Positions 8,739-19,781 are shown, numbered from the stretch's first letter. The stretch: DNA of 64,000 bases from Hyphomicrobiaceae bacterium (GCA_051009975.1 JBPCWA010000510.1:3158-67157), one strand, 5' to 3'. Notes: generated by a model not told the origin, from the letters alone. Numbers and translations: made by a program.

Positions 8739-9097
8739 GAGTAACTTTTTGCGTCCCTTTCGTCCCGCTCCTCATCTGGGCTTCCCGTAGATCTCCCTGT
8801 TTGTGGGTGTTCGCATTTCCGGCGGACGGGACTTTAGATTCCAATTCTAGTCCGAACTGCCAAAGCTTTAAAGGTTTCCTGATCATCGTTTTTATCACTT
8901 CCGGTACTATCGCTTCTGGTTCTATTGCTGGGGCGTGGCTCGATCGACGCGCGTTGGTTGAGCGTCTTGTTCGACGCTCCTCGTTTATGGGGCAGGGGAA
9001 GGAGTGCGTTTCGGAGGCCTGGTCAAAGGGCTGCAGTTGGTCTGTGGCCGGTTCGTGATGGCGGCGATTGTGAATGCACGGTGGTTTTTGGTTCGGC

Positions 9098-9718
9098 TTA
9101 GCCGATCAGGCTCAGTGCGGCATCCTTGAGGTAAAGGTAGCCCTGGTACCCAGCGAGCACGATCGTAATCGAAATGATCAGTGCGACCAAGCTCGCGAGA
9201 ACGCCGAGCAAGAGCAGTAGTCCATCTTTCTCCAGGAGCGCAAAACCTAGCAAGAAGATGCCGAGCGCCGGCGCCGTGTTGGTGCCCGGTATGGGGAGCG
9301 CCATCGAGGCGGCTAAAACCAAAATGAGAACGCCGAGTGCAATCCGCACGACCATCGATGTGGTTAGCCAGCTGAGGCGCGGACTGGTGAAATTCTCCAC
9401 GAACAACACCAAACGCAGCATGCCATCCACCAGTTTGCGGCTGAAAGTCTGTGGATCGAACCTTCGTTCCCGCCAGCGTGACGGTAACCAGAGTGTTTGG
9501 TGTCCCAGCAATAGCCTGAAGCCTATCAGAAATAATGGTATGGAAAGAAGCGTCGAGTAGCCAGCGGCGGGTATAGGAAGCGCGGACGGTAGCGCAAAGA
9601 GAACGAGTATCGCAGCGAGACCATGAGTCCCGATCTCATCAACCACTTCACCGTATGAGCTGGTGCCGCGTTGGGGATCGAAGATATTTTCGATAATCTG
9701 GGATAGCGGCTGTCTCAT
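9098..9718 (-). CDS. exoD: ExoD-family exopolysaccharide synthesis membrane protein
   Basis: About 200 aa. N-terminus ...SYGEVVDEIGTHGLAAILVLFALPSALPIP... is followed by LWLPSRWRERRF and C-terminal TM helices, as in ExoD. Confidence 0.8.
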   Translation of the reverse strand: MRQPLSQIIENIFDPQRGTSSYGEVVDEIGTHGLAAILVLFALPSALPIPAAGYSTLLSIPLFLIGFRLLLGHQTLWLPSRWRERRFDPQTFSRKLVDGMLRLVLFVENFTSPRLSWLTTSMVVRIALGVLILVLAASMALPIPGTNTAPALGIFLLGFALLEKDGLLLLLGVLASLVALIISITIVLAGYQGYLYLKDAALSLIG

Positions 9719-9974
9719 CAGTCTCCATCTAATCGATCAGTTGGCGGAAGCATAGGTGGCAGCTTTAGCACTATCGGCGAAGCTCCGGCAGTGCAACAAC
9801 GCGGTGCTTGTCGTCCAAAGCAAAAAGGAGCGGACCCTGGCGGAATCCGCTCCATCGCTCATGATGTTCGAATTTACGAGAGCAGACGTCGCCAGTGTGC
9901 TTCCATGTCAAACGCTCAATATGTTTCATTGAACCATCAGTCCGGCGTGCTAGCTTGCGATGAGAAAATTGCGA

Positions 9975-10172
9975 TCAGTCCGAGTCCTGCGTGTCGTCTG
10001 CGCGCGCAATCAGGCGTCGGCCATCATGCATTTTGCGCGCCATCATTTTGCGCGCCATGAATGTCCCGGCGCTCGTAATCGCCTTGCGCCGCTCGGCTCG
10101 AACTTGTCCCTCGATTGCTCGCAATTCCTCGTCGGATGGCGCCCAAATCGGTGTTTCGAAGATGTTTTTCAT
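9975..10172 (-). CDS. hypothetical small basic protein (65 aa)
   Basis: ATG at 10172 is preceded by a strong SD (GAGGAGAATTCAAATG on the minus strand). Sequence is MKNIFETPIWAPSDEELRAIEGQVRAERRKA... with an internal duplication MARKMMARKM. Divergent from the LysR gene. Confidence 0.5.
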   Translation of the reverse strand: MKNIFETPIWAPSDEELRAIEGQVRAERRKAITSAGTFMARKMMARKMHDGRRLIARADDTQDSD

Positions 10173-10274
10173 TTGAATTCTCCTCATGCATCTCATTGTA
10201 TTTGGAGATATAGGCTCTTACTTGAGGGGCTACAAACGACGATGTCTCACCCGACGAGTTAGAAAAATTCATCT

Positions 10275-11267
10275 ATGTCCACTGCTCTCCCTCCCTTGAA
10301 TGCTCTCCGCGCTTTCGAAGCGGCCGCCCGCCACCTCAGTTTCTCGCGCGCTGCAGAGGAGCTACATGTGACGCCTGCGGCTCTCAGCCATCAGATCAAG
10401 GGGCTTGAGACGTTTCTTGGCCTGAAGTTGTTTATGCGCAAGATCCGCGCGATCGAGCTGACGGATGCTGGAAGGACATTATATCCGGGCTTGCATGCAG
10501 GTTTTGGTCAGCTAAGACAAGCGGTTGGCAGTCTAGATCGGATGAGAGACGATCGCGTGCTGGTAATCAGCGCGCCGCCTGGGTTTACCGCGAAATGGCT
10601 CGCCCCCCGCCTCTACCGATTTTTATCGCAGAACCCTGATATCGACGCGCGCATATCATCCACGCCGGCCATGGTCGATTTTCAGGCCGACGGCGTTGAT
10701 GTGGCTATACGGAATATGGTTCAGACGGATCGTCTCGACGAAATGATCTGTGACAAGCTGGTCGATATCTGTCTGCTGCCTGTGGTAAGTCCTCGCTATC
10801 TTGAAGCGCATGGCCCGCTTGATGAGCCTGAAGCATTGAAAGGGGCAACACTCATTTTCGACGAGTCGCTTCCACAAATATACGGACTGCCGACGTGGTC
10901 TGATTGGTTGGCGGAAGCAGGTGTAATGAATACAGATCTCCAGAGAGGTTTGCGGTTCAACAGTGCTGACCATGCTCTCGATGCCTGTGTTGAAGGCGCT
11001 GGAGTTCTACTGGCCCACTATACTTTGGCGCACGACGATCTGAGGACCGCGCGGTTGCTGGCTCCATTTCCTCTTAAGCTCAAAACGATACGCGGATTTC
11101 ATTTCGTTTGCCCAGCAGGAAGTGAAACACGTCCTAAGGTGGCCGCATTTCGAAAGTGGTTGCACGACGAAATGGCGTTGATGGAATCGAAGAGTGCCTT
11201 AAGTGGATGTTTGGTTAGGCCGGTATCGCATTCGCGGCCAATTCAAGGATCAGCGCATTCAAAATGA
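10275..11267 (+). CDS. LysR-family transcriptional regulator (GcvA/AmpR-like subgroup)
   Basis: LPPLNALRAFEAAARHLSFSRAAEELHVTPAALSHQIKGLE is the GcvA-type wHTH. The 3' end overlaps the convergent hemW by 53 nt. Confidence 0.9.
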   Translation: MSTALPPLNALRAFEAAARHLSFSRAAEELHVTPAALSHQIKGLETFLGLKLFMRKIRAIELTDAGRTLYPGLHAGFGQLRQAVGSLDRMRDDRVLVISAPPGFTAKWLAPRLYRFLSQNPDIDARISSTPAMVDFQADGVDVAIRNMVQTDRLDEMICDKLVDICLLPVVSPRYLEAHGPLDEPEALKGATLIFDESLPQIYGLPTWSDWLAEAGVMNTDLQRGLRFNSADHALDACVEGAGVLLAHYTLAHDDLRTARLLAPFPLKLKTIRGFHFVCPAGSETRPKVAAFRKWLHDEMALMESKSALSGCLVRPVSHSRPIQGSAHSK

Positions 11268-12402
11268 TGCGTCCACGCGGCGTGCACCGGATCCGGTTTT
11301 GATTTGGCAAATGTTCCAAATGGCCGGAATCCTCTAGCATTTGAATTGTCTGAGGTGAGGGTCGAACACCGCCAATTTTCGCCAAGCGATCAAGATTGAT
11401 ACCCTCACTCGTCCTCAAGCCCATCAGAAGAAGTTCGTCTGCTTGCTCCTGTCGCGTGAGTGCGGTATCCGTGGTCACTCCGGTTCCAGTGTCCAAGGTG
11501 CGGTCGCGCCAACGCTCCGGCAGTGCTTCGCTGGTCGTTGCCCGACGCTGGCCGTCGACGATTAGGCGGCCATGCGCGCCCGGTCCTATACCGGCATATT
11601 CTCCGTATCGCCAATAAAGGAGGTTGTGTCGGCTCTCTTCGCCTCGAGCAGCATGATTGGAAATCTCATAGGCGGGAAGTCCATGGTTCTCGGTAATGTT
11701 TTGCGTTAAGCAGAAAAGAGCATCTGCCAGTTTTGGGGGCGGTATGTGGAGCATCCCGGCACTGTGCCGTCTGGCAAAAGGCGTGCCCTCTTCGATGGTA
11801 AGTTGATAGAGCGAGAGGTGTTGGGGACCCAAAGCGATCGCCGAGAGCAGTTCCTTCTCCCAGCTTTTCTCTGACTGCCGCGGGCGCGCGTAGATGAGAT
11901 CGAATGAGACGCGTCCGAAGGTGGCCAATGCAATATCCAATGCTTGTCGGGCCTCCAGAGCCGAGTGGCGGCGGCCGAGTGCTTCCAGGTCTGTGTCGTT
12001 AAGGGCTTGGATTCCGAGCGATAAGCGATTTACTCCTGATTTTCGATAAGCATGGAAACGTCCGGTCTCGACACTGGTCGGATTGGCTTCCAAAGTGATT
12101 TCAGCATCGGGTGCGATTGACCAAGCCTTGTCGATCGCTGCCAGAATCTCGTTGAGGGTCGTTGCTGCCATCATCGATGGTGTTCCACCACCAAAGAAAA
12201 TGCTGGTCACCTGACGTGGACCAATGCGTTGGCGAGTTCTTTCGATATCGGTGCGATAGGCTTCGACAAACCACGAGTCATCAATGCCGCCCACTCGAAC
12301 ATGACTATTGAAGTCGCAATAGGGACATTTGGCAGCACAGAATGGCCAGTGGACATAGACGCCAAAGCCCATAGCGTCAGGATTGGGATGCTGGATAGAC
12401 AC
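11215..12402 (-). CDS. hemW: radical SAM heme chaperone HemW (oxygen-independent coproporphyrinogen oxidase-like)
   Basis: VYVHWPFCAAKCPYCDFNS (CxxxCxxC), SIFFGGGTPS and the HemN C-terminal domain. The alternative start at 12372 would remove the overlap with rdgB. Confidence 0.9.
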   Translation of the reverse strand: MSIQHPNPDAMGFGVYVHWPFCAAKCPYCDFNSHVRVGGIDDSWFVEAYRTDIERTRQRIGPRQVTSIFFGGGTPSMMAATTLNEILAAIDKAWSIAPDAEITLEANPTSVETGRFHAYRKSGVNRLSLGIQALNDTDLEALGRRHSALEARQALDIALATFGRVSFDLIYARPRQSEKSWEKELLSAIALGPQHLSLYQLTIEEGTPFARRHSAGMLHIPPPKLADALFCLTQNITENHGLPAYEISNHAARGEESRHNLLYWRYGEYAGIGPGAHGRLIVDGQRRATTSEALPERWRDRTLDTGTGVTTDTALTRQEQADELLLMGLRTSEGINLDRLAKIGGVRPSPQTIQMLEDSGHLEHLPNQNRIRCTPRGRIILNALILELAANAIPA

Positions 12403-13030
12403 AAGATTCTACAAATTGTCGGAGCGCGCGAGCGCGATGTGATAGGGCTTCAGCCCCGTTACCTTGCCAATTGCTCTTCTCGGACTTTGTCATTTCGCCA
12501 AAGGTCCTGCTGTGGCCTTCCGGTCGGAAGAAGGGGTCGTATCCGAAACCCTCTGCGCCACGCGGTGGCCAGACCAAGTGGCCGTAGACTTTACCCACAA
12601 AGAAATTGATGTTGCCGTCAGTCCATGCGAGCGCAAGGGTTGCGTTGAAATTTGCTATCGGTCCCGGCTTGTACCAGCGTCCCCGCTTTTGGACTTCGTC
12701 ATGGACGCGTTTCATCGCACCGGTGAAATCTTTCGATGGTCCACTCCAGTCAGCCGAATAAACACCGGGCGCGCCATCGAGTGCGGCTACTTCAATACCG
12801 GAGTCATCTGCGAGTGCCGGGTGACCGGTAGCCTCGGCTGCCAACCGGGCCTTTAGTTCAGCATTCTCTTTGAACGTTGTTCCGGTTTCCTCGGGTTCGG
12901 GTAGTCCGAGATCGCCTGCGGACAGTACAGTGATTTCGTAGCTAGCGAGCAGCTCTTTGATTTCGGCAACCTTGTCCGGATTGTGAGTAGCCAGAACGAC
13001 TTGATCGCCTGGCCCAAAAACCTGGTTCAT
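12377..13030 (-). CDS. rdgB: non-canonical purine NTP pyrophosphatase (RdgB/HAM1)
   Basis: VVLATHNPDKVAEIKELL, ADDSGIEV, GFGYDPFF. The ATG at 13030 forms an ATGA overlap with the upstream VOC gene stop. Confidence 0.9.
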   Translation of the reverse strand: MNQVFGPGDQVVLATHNPDKVAEIKELLASYEITVLSAGDLGLPEPEETGTTFKENAELKARLAAEATGHPALADDSGIEVAALDGAPGVYSADWSGPSKDFTGAMKRVHDEVQKRGRWYKPGPIANFNATLALAWTDGNINFFVGKVYGHLVWPPRGAEGFGYDPFFRPEGHSRTFGEMTKSEKSNWQGNGAEALSHRARALRQFVESCVYPASQS

Positions 13031-13458
13031 TCTAATCCCCATATTCGCGGCTCCGCAAATTCGAGGCTGTTGCCCGCTGGATCACGGAAATATATCGAGC
13101 GGCCACCTTGAGGCCATTCAAAGTCGGCTTCGATTTCGACACTATTCGTCTCGAGGGCAATACGCCAAAGTTCTATTTCGACTGCGGTCGCGCGAAAGCA
13201 GATATGACCGGCGCCAATTGCACCGTGAACGGGTACGACTATCGGGGCGCGAGGATCTGTGACGCGCGTCGAACGCGGATCAAATAGCAGGAACACCTGC
13301 TCCCCGCATTTGTAAAAGATGTGGCGTTTCTCGACCATCGCGAATGGTTCTAGGCCCAGTACACGCGAATAGAAGTCCTGGGCTGCCTCCAAATCGTCGA
13401 CATAGAGTGTGCTCTCGAGGATACCTGAGGGATGCATGGGTGATCTCATTGATCTCAT
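13027..13458 (-). CDS. VOC-family (glyoxalase/bleomycin-resistance/dioxygenase fold) protein
   Basis: ILESTLYVDDLEAAQDFYSRVLGL ... GHICFRA ... RSIYFRDPAGNSLEF is the typical paired beta-alpha-beta-beta-beta module. Confidence 0.8.
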   Translation of the reverse strand: MRSMRSPMHPSGILESTLYVDDLEAAQDFYSRVLGLEPFAMVEKRHIFYKCGEQVFLLFDPRSTRVTDPRAPIVVPVHGAIGAGHICFRATAVEIELWRIALETNSVEIEADFEWPQGGRSIYFRDPAGNSLEFAEPRIWGLE

Positions 13459-13486
13459 AACCCAGTGTCACAGGTGCGATATCACT

Positions 13487-14200
13487 CTAGGAAACCGTCA
13501 GTTTTTGGAGCGAAACCAGCTCGCGGATTCCCTTACGCGCAAGCGCCATGAGCTCCTCGAAGCGCGCCTGGCTGAATGGCTCGCCTTCCGCAGTTCCCTG
13601 AATTTCGACAATGCCCCCATTTCCAGTCATCACGAAATTGGCGTCAGCCTGTGCATCGGAATCTTCAGCGTAATCGAGATCGAGGACGCATGCGTCATTG
13701 TGAATACCGGCCGAGATGGCGGCGACTTGATCTTTAAGGACATCGCCGCGCACGAGATCGCGTTCTTTCATCCAATTCAGGCAATCGGACAGCGCAACCC
13801 AGGCCCCAGTAATGGATGCCGTGCGGGTCCCACCATCAGCTTGAATAACATCACAGTCGACAGAGATTTGACGCTCTCCAAGCTTTTCCAAGTCGACGAC
13901 CGCACGTAGTGAACGGCCAATTAAGCGCTGGATCTCCTGTGTTCGGCCAGACGGTTTGCCAAGCGTCACCTCGCGCCGCATGCGTTCGTGGGTGGCCCGC
14001 GGCAACATGCCATATTCGGCAGTCACCCAACCGCGACCTTGGCCCTTCAGCCAGCCCGGAACGCGCTCCTCTAAGCTTGCTGTACACAGGACATGCGTGT
14101 TCCCAAACTTGATCATGCATGAGCCTTCGGCGTGCAGGGACACGGCTCGTTCGAACGAGACGCGACGCAGTTCATCTGGTTGGCGGTCGGAAGGGCGCAT
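13487..14200 (-). CDS. rph: ribonuclease PH
   Basis: [17 protein letters not shown]..., [35 protein letters not shown]. The longer ORF upstream of Met 14200 is not conserved-looking. Confidence 0.95.
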   Translation of the reverse strand: MRPSDRQPDELRRVSFERAVSLHAEGSCMIKFGNTHVLCTASLEERVPGWLKGQGRGWVTAEYGMLPRATHERMRREVTLGKPSGRTQEIQRLIGRSLRAVVDLEKLGERQISVDCDVIQADGGTRTASITGAWVALSDCLNWMKERDLVRGDVLKDQVAAISAGIHNDACVLDLDYAEDSDAQADANFVMTGNGGIVEIQGTAEGEPFSQARFEELMALARKGIRELVSLQKLTVS

Positions 14201-14574
14201 TTGGGCTTGCCGTAGTTGTGAGCAGTTGTGAAATGGCGATGGGTCGATTGGAAGGATGACATCACCTGTAGCAGTTCTGTACGATTTCTGCATGAGTTCT
14301 GTACAGGCCGAGGCAACCTAGGCGACGTGCTTGCCCGCTTCAACCACAATTGTCGTACGAGATCATCCAGAGTAGGTGAAATTAGACCTGTTAGCCATGC
14401 CGCAAACGCGCCGAGATAGGTTTGCAGGGCTGGTGAGGCGGTATTGAATTCAATTTCATGCGTCGTGATATCTGGAAGTCGTGATTTCTTTGCAGTCGGA
14501 CAACTTCCGGAATATCCTCCTGTGAGTGATCCGGACGATGGTCCGCCAGTCAACTAGAGCGGTCAGCCTTAGAG

Positions 14575-15642
14575 ATGCAAGTTCCAAACGAGATCAGCAA
14601 TCTAGGGGGATTGAGCGAACGGTCGCAGACGGTACTGCGAAGAATCGTTGAAACCTATTTGGAAACGGGCGATCCAGTAGGCTCGCGCAATCTGTCCCGT
14701 GACTTGCCTATATCCTTGTCGCCAGCGTCGGTCCGGAACGTTATGTCGGATCTGGAGAACCTCGGATTGATCGCCGCGCCGCACACATCGGCTGGGCGAT
14801 TGCCGACTGAGCTTGGATTGCGATTGTTCGTCGATGGCCTACTTGAAGTGGGAAATTTGAGCGCTGATGAACGCGCGCAGATCAAAGTGCAAATGGCCGC
14901 GGGGCGCACCAACTCGGTTGATCATGTTCTCAATGAAGCCACGGAGATGATTTCCGGCTTATCGCACTGCGCCGGTCTGGTTCTTACGGAAAAGCAGGAT
15001 ATTCGACTCAAACATATTGAATTTGTGGCGTTGGAACCGGGAAAGGCCTTGGCCGTTTTGGTCAGTGAAGATCAAAGCATTGAAAATCGCGTTCTGGATG
15101 TTCCGAAAGGTCTTCCGCCATCCGCCTTGGTAGAAGCCGCCAACTTTCTCAATACGCATGTGCGCGGTGTCACGCTTGCCGAAGCGCGCGAGCGCATAGG
15201 CAAAGAATTGGCCGCAAAACGTGCTGAGCTTGACGCGCTCACGCAGAAAGTGATCACGGCCGGATTGGCAGAATGGTCGGGCAAATTGGACGATGATCGT
15301 CGCAATTTGATCGTGCGTGGCCGGTCTAATTTGCTGAAAGATGTCACGGCCACTGACGATCTTGAGCGCATTCGTCAATTGTTTGATGATCTCGAGGCGC
15401 AAAAGGATATGATGCAGCTCTTGAGTTCCGCGGAGACAGCCGACGGTGTGAAAATCTTCATTGGATCGGAAAACAATCTCTTTTCGCTGTCTGGGTCGTC
15501 GCTGATTGTTGCACCGTTTCAAGATGGCGAACAGCGTATTGTTGGCATTCTCGGCGTCATCGGCCCGACCCGCCTAAATTACGCCCGTATCATACCGATG
15601 GTCGACTACACGGCACGATTGGTAAGCCGATTGCTAACTTGA
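14575..15642 (+). CDS. hrcA: heat-inducible transcriptional repressor HrcA
   Basis: [29 protein letters not shown] at the N-terminus, full-length 355 aa, and it precedes grpE as in other alphaproteobacteria. Confidence 0.95.
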   Translation: MQVPNEISNLGGLSERSQTVLRRIVETYLETGDPVGSRNLSRDLPISLSPASVRNVMSDLENLGLIAAPHTSAGRLPTELGLRLFVDGLLEVGNLSADERAQIKVQMAAGRTNSVDHVLNEATEMISGLSHCAGLVLTEKQDIRLKHIEFVALEPGKALAVLVSEDQSIENRVLDVPKGLPPSALVEAANFLNTHVRGVTLAEARERIGKELAAKRAELDALTQKVITAGLAEWSGKLDDDRRNLIVRGRSNLLKDVTATDDLERIRQLFDDLEAQKDMMQLLSSAETADGVKIFIGSENNLFSLSGSSLIVAPFQDGEQRIVGILGVIGPTRLNYARIIPMVDYTARLVSRLLT

Positions 15643-15759
15643 TTTTGCGGCGTGACCACTGATATCCCACATGAGCGTTTTACGTCGCACACTCGCGGAC
15701 GAGCAGCGTGCGAACTGGGGATCGGACATAGCACCGGTCGAATAATCGGATAAGAAGCA

Positions 15760-16581
15760 ATGATGAGCGACGACGCACAACCGGATAATGCCGGGACTAA
15801 AAAAGATGAGCAGACTGCGTCCAAATCGGACGAATCGGGGGCTTCGATGACAGACGCGAAGCAAACGAATGCAGATGAGCTCAGTCAAGACGCTGGGGCT
15901 GGGGCGACGACCCGAGCGGCAGCATATGTGGATCCTGAGATTGCTGCAGAGGCCAAGATTGCTGAGCTAGAGGCCAAGGTCTCGGAAATGCGGGACCGGT
16001 ATTTGCGGGCCTACGCGGACACTGAGAATCTTCGCAAGCGGACTGAGCGTGAAAAGGCGGATATATCAAAGTACGCGGTAACAAGTTTCGCGCGCGATAT
16101 GCTGAGTATTGCCGATAATCTTGGACGCGCTGTCGAGGCGGCGTCCGGTGCCGAGGACACGGAATCAGGATCGCTCAAGGCACTGCTGGACGGCGTAATG
16201 CTTACACAGCAGGAACTCAAAAAGACTCTTGAGAAACATGGCGTTCGTACGATCGCGTCCGAGGCCGAAGCGTTTGATCCGCACAAGCATCAGGCTGTCA
16301 TGGAGCGGGAAGACGCGTCCGTATCTGCTGGAACAATCGTGCAGGTTTTTCAAGACGGATACCAGATCGAAGAGCGTGTTCTGCGGCCTGCTATGGTGGT
16401 CGTCGCAAAGGGTGGCGCAAAGCCAATCAAGTCGTCTCAATCAACTCAGCCAGTGTCGAAAGCGTCGGACGATGGGCGAGATCAGGACGACCAGGATGAA
16501 CGGCCTGCCCAAGACTCGACAGCAGACAGCGACACAGTGTCCGGGACCGACAGCGAGGCGGATTCGAAAGCAAGCGCTTGA
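15760..16581 (+). CDS. grpE: nucleotide exchange factor GrpE, with acidic N- and C-terminal tails
   Basis: RDRYLRAYADTENLRKRTEREK, LLDGVMLTQQEL, FDPHKHQAV, GYQIEERVLRPAMVVV. Confidence 0.93.
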   Translation: MMSDDAQPDNAGTKKDEQTASKSDESGASMTDAKQTNADELSQDAGAGATTRAAAYVDPEIAAEAKIAELEAKVSEMRDRYLRAYADTENLRKRTEREKADISKYAVTSFARDMLSIADNLGRAVEAASGAEDTESGSLKALLDGVMLTQQELKKTLEKHGVRTIASEAEAFDPHKHQAVMEREDASVSAGTIVQVFQDGYQIEERVLRPAMVVVAKGGAKPIKSSQSTQPVSKASDDGRDQDDQDERPAQDSTADSDTVSGTDSEADSKASA

Positions 16582-16651
16582 GGAGATGGTCGGTTATTCA
16601 ATTTGGCAGTGTCGTCGAAGATGGGTTCGGAACAATCTGTTGGCGCAGTTT

Positions 16652-17287
16652 CTATCGAGCCGCATTCTCCTGCGGCGGGTTAACCCGCCGCATCGTGAGA
16701 TTGTAACGGCCGGGTTTGCCGAGAATCGCAGATGTGTCTGGCACGATGCGGTCGATCCCATGGTATGCCAGTCTTGCGTCGCCGCCGAGTACGATGATAT
16801 CTCCCGATTTCAACAGCAATCTTCGGGTCGGGTCGCGACGGCGCGTACCTCCGATGCGAAACCAGGCATCGTCACCGAGAGAAACCGAGACGACGGGTGC
16901 AGCCACGTCCTGTTCGTCAGCATCCACATGCAATCCAAGTTTAGCCCCAGGTTTGTACCAATTGATCAAGCATGCCTCAGGATCAGCACAATAACTTGCG
17001 ACAGATTGCCAAAGGTCTAGCAAGGTTGGGGGAATCGGAGGCCAAGTGCATGCTGCAAAAGGATGTCGGGGCTGATAGCGGTAGCCACCGCTCTTGCTGG
17101 AGACCCAACCGAGTTCGCCACAGTTTGTCATTTCAACCGAGAACGGCCGGCCGGTGTTGGGCATCGATGGAACGTAGAGCGGCGCCAATGCTTCGATCCG
17201 TCGAACCTCCGACACAAGGCGGAGTTGATCAGATTGCGACAGGTGTCCAGGAAGGTGAACAAATCCTGATGGGGAAGATTGAGCCAC
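16652..17287 (-). CDS. alkB: alpha-ketoglutarate/Fe(II)-dependent dioxygenase AlkB (DNA alkylation repair)
   Basis: MTNCGELGWVSSKSGGYRY, INWYKPGAKLGLHVDADE (HxD), GDIIVLGGDARLAYHGI, RYNLTMRR. Confidence 0.85.
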   Translation of the reverse strand: MAQSSPSGFVHLPGHLSQSDQLRLVSEVRRIEALAPLYVPSMPNTGRPFSVEMTNCGELGWVSSKSGGYRYQPRHPFAACTWPPIPPTLLDLWQSVASYCADPEACLINWYKPGAKLGLHVDADEQDVAAPVVSVSLGDDAWFRIGGTRRRDPTRRLLLKSGDIIVLGGDARLAYHGIDRIVPDTSAILGKPGRYNLTMRRVNPPQENAAR

Positions 17288-17385
17288 GGCATCGCCTTGC
17301 TTTGCAAGTTCCTTGGAGGCGCGAAACGGATCACTAGTTGCGCGCGGGGAGTGTCATGGAGAACCAAAAAGTCAGCGAGTCAACC

Positions 17386-17417
17386 GGTTGCAGGGCTAAA
17401 TCGACGCGCCTATATAC
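17386..17417 (+). promoter_or_regulatory. sigma32 (RpoH)-type heat-shock promoter candidate upstream of dnaK
   Basis: gGTTGCAG - 14 nt - GCCTATATA resembles CTTGAAA-N13-15-CCCCATnT / the alphaproteobacterial CYTATnT -10, about 120 nt upstream of the dnaK ATG. Pattern match by eye only. Confidence 0.4.
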
Positions 17418-17538
17418 GCAGCGAACACTTAAACTAAACTCCAGGGGACTGCGTCTCCAGGTCTAACGGATCGGGAGAAAGCGAGGGCCATAACGAGGAC
17501 TCGCACAGTCTGCCGCGAAAAGAGAGGACGACTAGAGA

Positions 17539-19470
17539 ATGTCAAAAGTCATTGGGATTGACCTTGGTACCACGAACTCTTGCGTCGCCGTTATGGATGG
17601 TGACCAGCCGAAGGTTATCGAAAATTCGGAAGGGATGCGTACCACTCCGTCCATCGTGGCGTTCGGAGACGACGGCAACGAGAAATTGGTTGGCATAGCG
17701 GCTAAACGGCAGGCCGTCACCAATCCCGAAAATACGCTGTTCGCAATCAAGCGTCTGATTGGTCGACGCTTCGACGATCCGACCGTTGAAAAAGATCAAA
17801 AGCTTGTCCCCTACCAGATTGTGAAGGCGTCCAATGGTGACGCCTGGGTCGAGTCGTTTGGAAAACAATATTCTCCATCGCAGATTTCCGCCGACATTCT
17901 GATCAAAATGAAAGAAACGGCCGAAGCGCATCTGGGTGAAACTGTCAGTGAAGCCGTTATCACAGTTCCGGCTTATTTCAACGACGCGCAACGCCAGGCA
18001 ACCAAAGATGCCGGCAAAATTGCCGGTCTTGAAGTTCTGCGGATTATCAACGAGCCGACTGCGGCGGCGTTGGCTTATGGCCTGGACAAGAAAGACAACT
18101 CCAAGATGATCGCCGTTTATGACCTAGGCGGTGGGACGTTTGACATTTCTATTCTGGAGATCGGTGACGGCGTATTCGAGGTGAAGTCTACCAACGGTGA
18201 TACGTTCCTGGGCGGTGAAGACTTTGATATGCGCCTGGTCGAATATTTAGCCTCCGAGTTTAAGAAAGAAAACGGCATAGATCTGACGAACGATAAGCTA
18301 GCTCTGCAACGCCTGAAAGAGGCGGCGGAAAAGGCAAAGATCGAACTTTCGTCGTCGGCTCAGACCGAGGTCAATCTGCCGTTCATTACGGCGGACCAAT
18401 CTGGTCCCAAGCATCTGACGATGAAATTGACTCGGGCCAAGCTTGAGAGTCTCGTCGAGGATCTAATCAAACGTACTGTTGGACCGTGCGGCTCCGCGCT
18501 CAAAGACGCCAATCTCAAGGCGGCTGAGATTGATGAAGTCGTGCTCGTTGGCGGCATGACACGCATGCCGAAGGTGCAGGAGACCGTCAAGAATTTCTTT
18601 GGCAAAGAGCCACATAAGGGTGTCAATCCAGACGAAGTTGTCGCCGTTGGTGCCGCAATCCAAGGTGGAGTTCTTCGCGGTGATGTCAAAGATGTTCTTT
18701 TGCTGGATGTTACCCCGCTGTCCCTGGGTATCGAGACGCTTGGGGGGGTATTTACGCGACTGATAGAGCGCAACACAACGATCCCGACCAAGAAGAGTCA
18801 GGTATTTTCGACGGCCGACGATGGTCAGAATGCGGTCACCATCAAGGTCTATCAGGGTGAGCGGGAAATGGCCGTAGACAACAAGCATCTCGGCACATTC
18901 GATTTAGTAGGCATCGCTCCGGCGCCTCGTGGCGTACCTCAGATCGAGGTCACGTTCGATATCGATGCGAATGGCATTGTCAACGTAAGTGCGAAGGATA
19001 AGGCGACAAACAAGGAGCAGTCTATCCGGATTCAGGCGTCGGGTGGCTTGGCCGATGACGAAATTGAGCGGATGGTTCAGGAGGCCGAGAAGCACGCTGG
19101 CGAAGACAAGAAGCGGCGCGAACTGGTGGAGGCGCGCAACCAGCTAGAGGCGCTTGTTCACTCCACGGAGAACTCCGTCAAAGAGGCTGGCGACAAGCTC
19201 GATGAAGCTGCCAAGGCGGAAGTGGATTCAGCCGTGGCGGCGGCGAAGGAAAAACTCGAGTCGGACGACCTTGAGGCGTTACAATCGGCGACCCAGGACC
19301 TGGCCCAAGCTTCAATGAAGATTGGTGAGGCTGTTTATGGAGGCCAGGCTGGAGAGACCGGCGAGGCGTCTAACGAATCAGACGCTGCCAATGACGGCGG
19401 CGCGAGCGACGAGAATGTTGTTGATGCCGACTTTGAGGAGGTTAAGGACGACGACAAGAAATCCGCCTAG
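17539..19470 (+). CDS. dnaK: molecular chaperone DnaK (Hsp70)
   Basis: [34 protein letters not shown]; full-length 643 aa. Confidence 0.99.
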   Translation: MSKVIGIDLGTTNSCVAVMDGDQPKVIENSEGMRTTPSIVAFGDDGNEKLVGIAAKRQAVTNPENTLFAIKRLIGRRFDDPTVEKDQKLVPYQIVKASNGDAWVESFGKQYSPSQISADILIKMKETAEAHLGETVSEAVITVPAYFNDAQRQATKDAGKIAGLEVLRIINEPTAAALAYGLDKKDNSKMIAVYDLGGGTFDISILEIGDGVFEVKSTNGDTFLGGEDFDMRLVEYLASEFKKENGIDLTNDKLALQRLKEAAEKAKIELSSSAQTEVNLPFITADQSGPKHLTMKLTRAKLESLVEDLIKRTVGPCGSALKDANLKAAEIDEVVLVGGMTRMPKVQETVKNFFGKEPHKGVNPDEVVAVGAAIQGGVLRGDVKDVLLLDVTPLSLGIETLGGVFTRLIERNTTIPTKKSQVFSTADDGQNAVTIKVYQGEREMAVDNKHLGTFDLVGIAPAPRGVPQIEVTFDIDANGIVNVSAKDKATNKEQSIRIQASGGLADDEIERMVQEAEKHAGEDKKRRELVEARNQLEALVHSTENSVKEAGDKLDEAAKAEVDSAVAAAKEKLESDDLEALQSATQDLAQASMKIGEAVYGGQAGETGEASNESDAANDGGASDENVVDADFEEVKDDDKKSA

Positions 19471-19483
19471 TGAGTTGGGACGT

Positions 19484-19516
19484 GACGGCTCCAGTCAACC
19501 ATCGACCGGAGCCGTC
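19484..19516 (+). terminator. Stem-loop immediately after dnaK (attenuator or partial terminator candidate, no U-tract)
   Basis: Perfect 9-bp inverted repeat GACGGCTCC (19484-19492) / GGAGCCGTC (19508-19516), starting 14 nt after the dnaK stop. Confidence 0.35.
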
Positions 19517-19743
19517 CGACTCAGGACAATAAGCTAAGACGCGTTGAGTCAATTCGCTTTCGTTGCTTTTAACTGCAGCGTCGAATTCATGAGTTGTGTG
19601 GAATGGAGAGTTGCTGCTGAATTGGGAGGCGCTGCGTTCCCGTTGAAGACGTATCCGACTTCTTGAGTAAGGTTTCACTACTCAGTGGCCACTCAGTCCT
19701 CACGATCAACTCTCCACGAGTCAGTCCACACCACGCAGATCAA

Positions 19744-19781
19744 GGTGTGCAATTCGGTGTGTGCAATTCGGTGTGTGCAAC
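19744..19781. repeat. Three tandem copies of a 12-14 bp unit GGTGTGTGCAATTC in the dnaK-dnaJ spacer
   Basis: ggtgtgcaattc / ggtgtgtgcaattc / ggtgtgtgcaac, read directly. Confidence 0.8.

Noticed and set aside
11215-11267. 53-nt convergent overlap of the LysR regulator and hemW 3' ends, as a possible antisense regulatory feature or frameshift
   Set aside because: The LysR tail (…SGCLVRPVSHSRPIQGSAHSK) looks like a non-conserved run-on to the first available stop. The overlap is most simply explained by that and cannot be shown to be functional from sequence alone.
14293-14575. CIRCE operator (TTAGCACTC-N9-GAGTGCTAA) expected near hrcA, grpE and dnaK
   Set aside because: I looked through the hrcA, grpE and dnaK upstream regions and found no match. 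In alphaproteobacteria CIRCE usually sits at groES/groEL, which are not in this window. A weak TTGCAGG...-type sigma32-like box upstream of hrcA was too degenerate to call.
16229-17020. 263-aa plus-strand ORF spanning the grpE 3' end and running antisense to alkB
   Set aside because: It overlaps two well-supported genes. Its composition is Arg/Ser-rich, typical of an off-frame reading, and it shows no recognisable motif.
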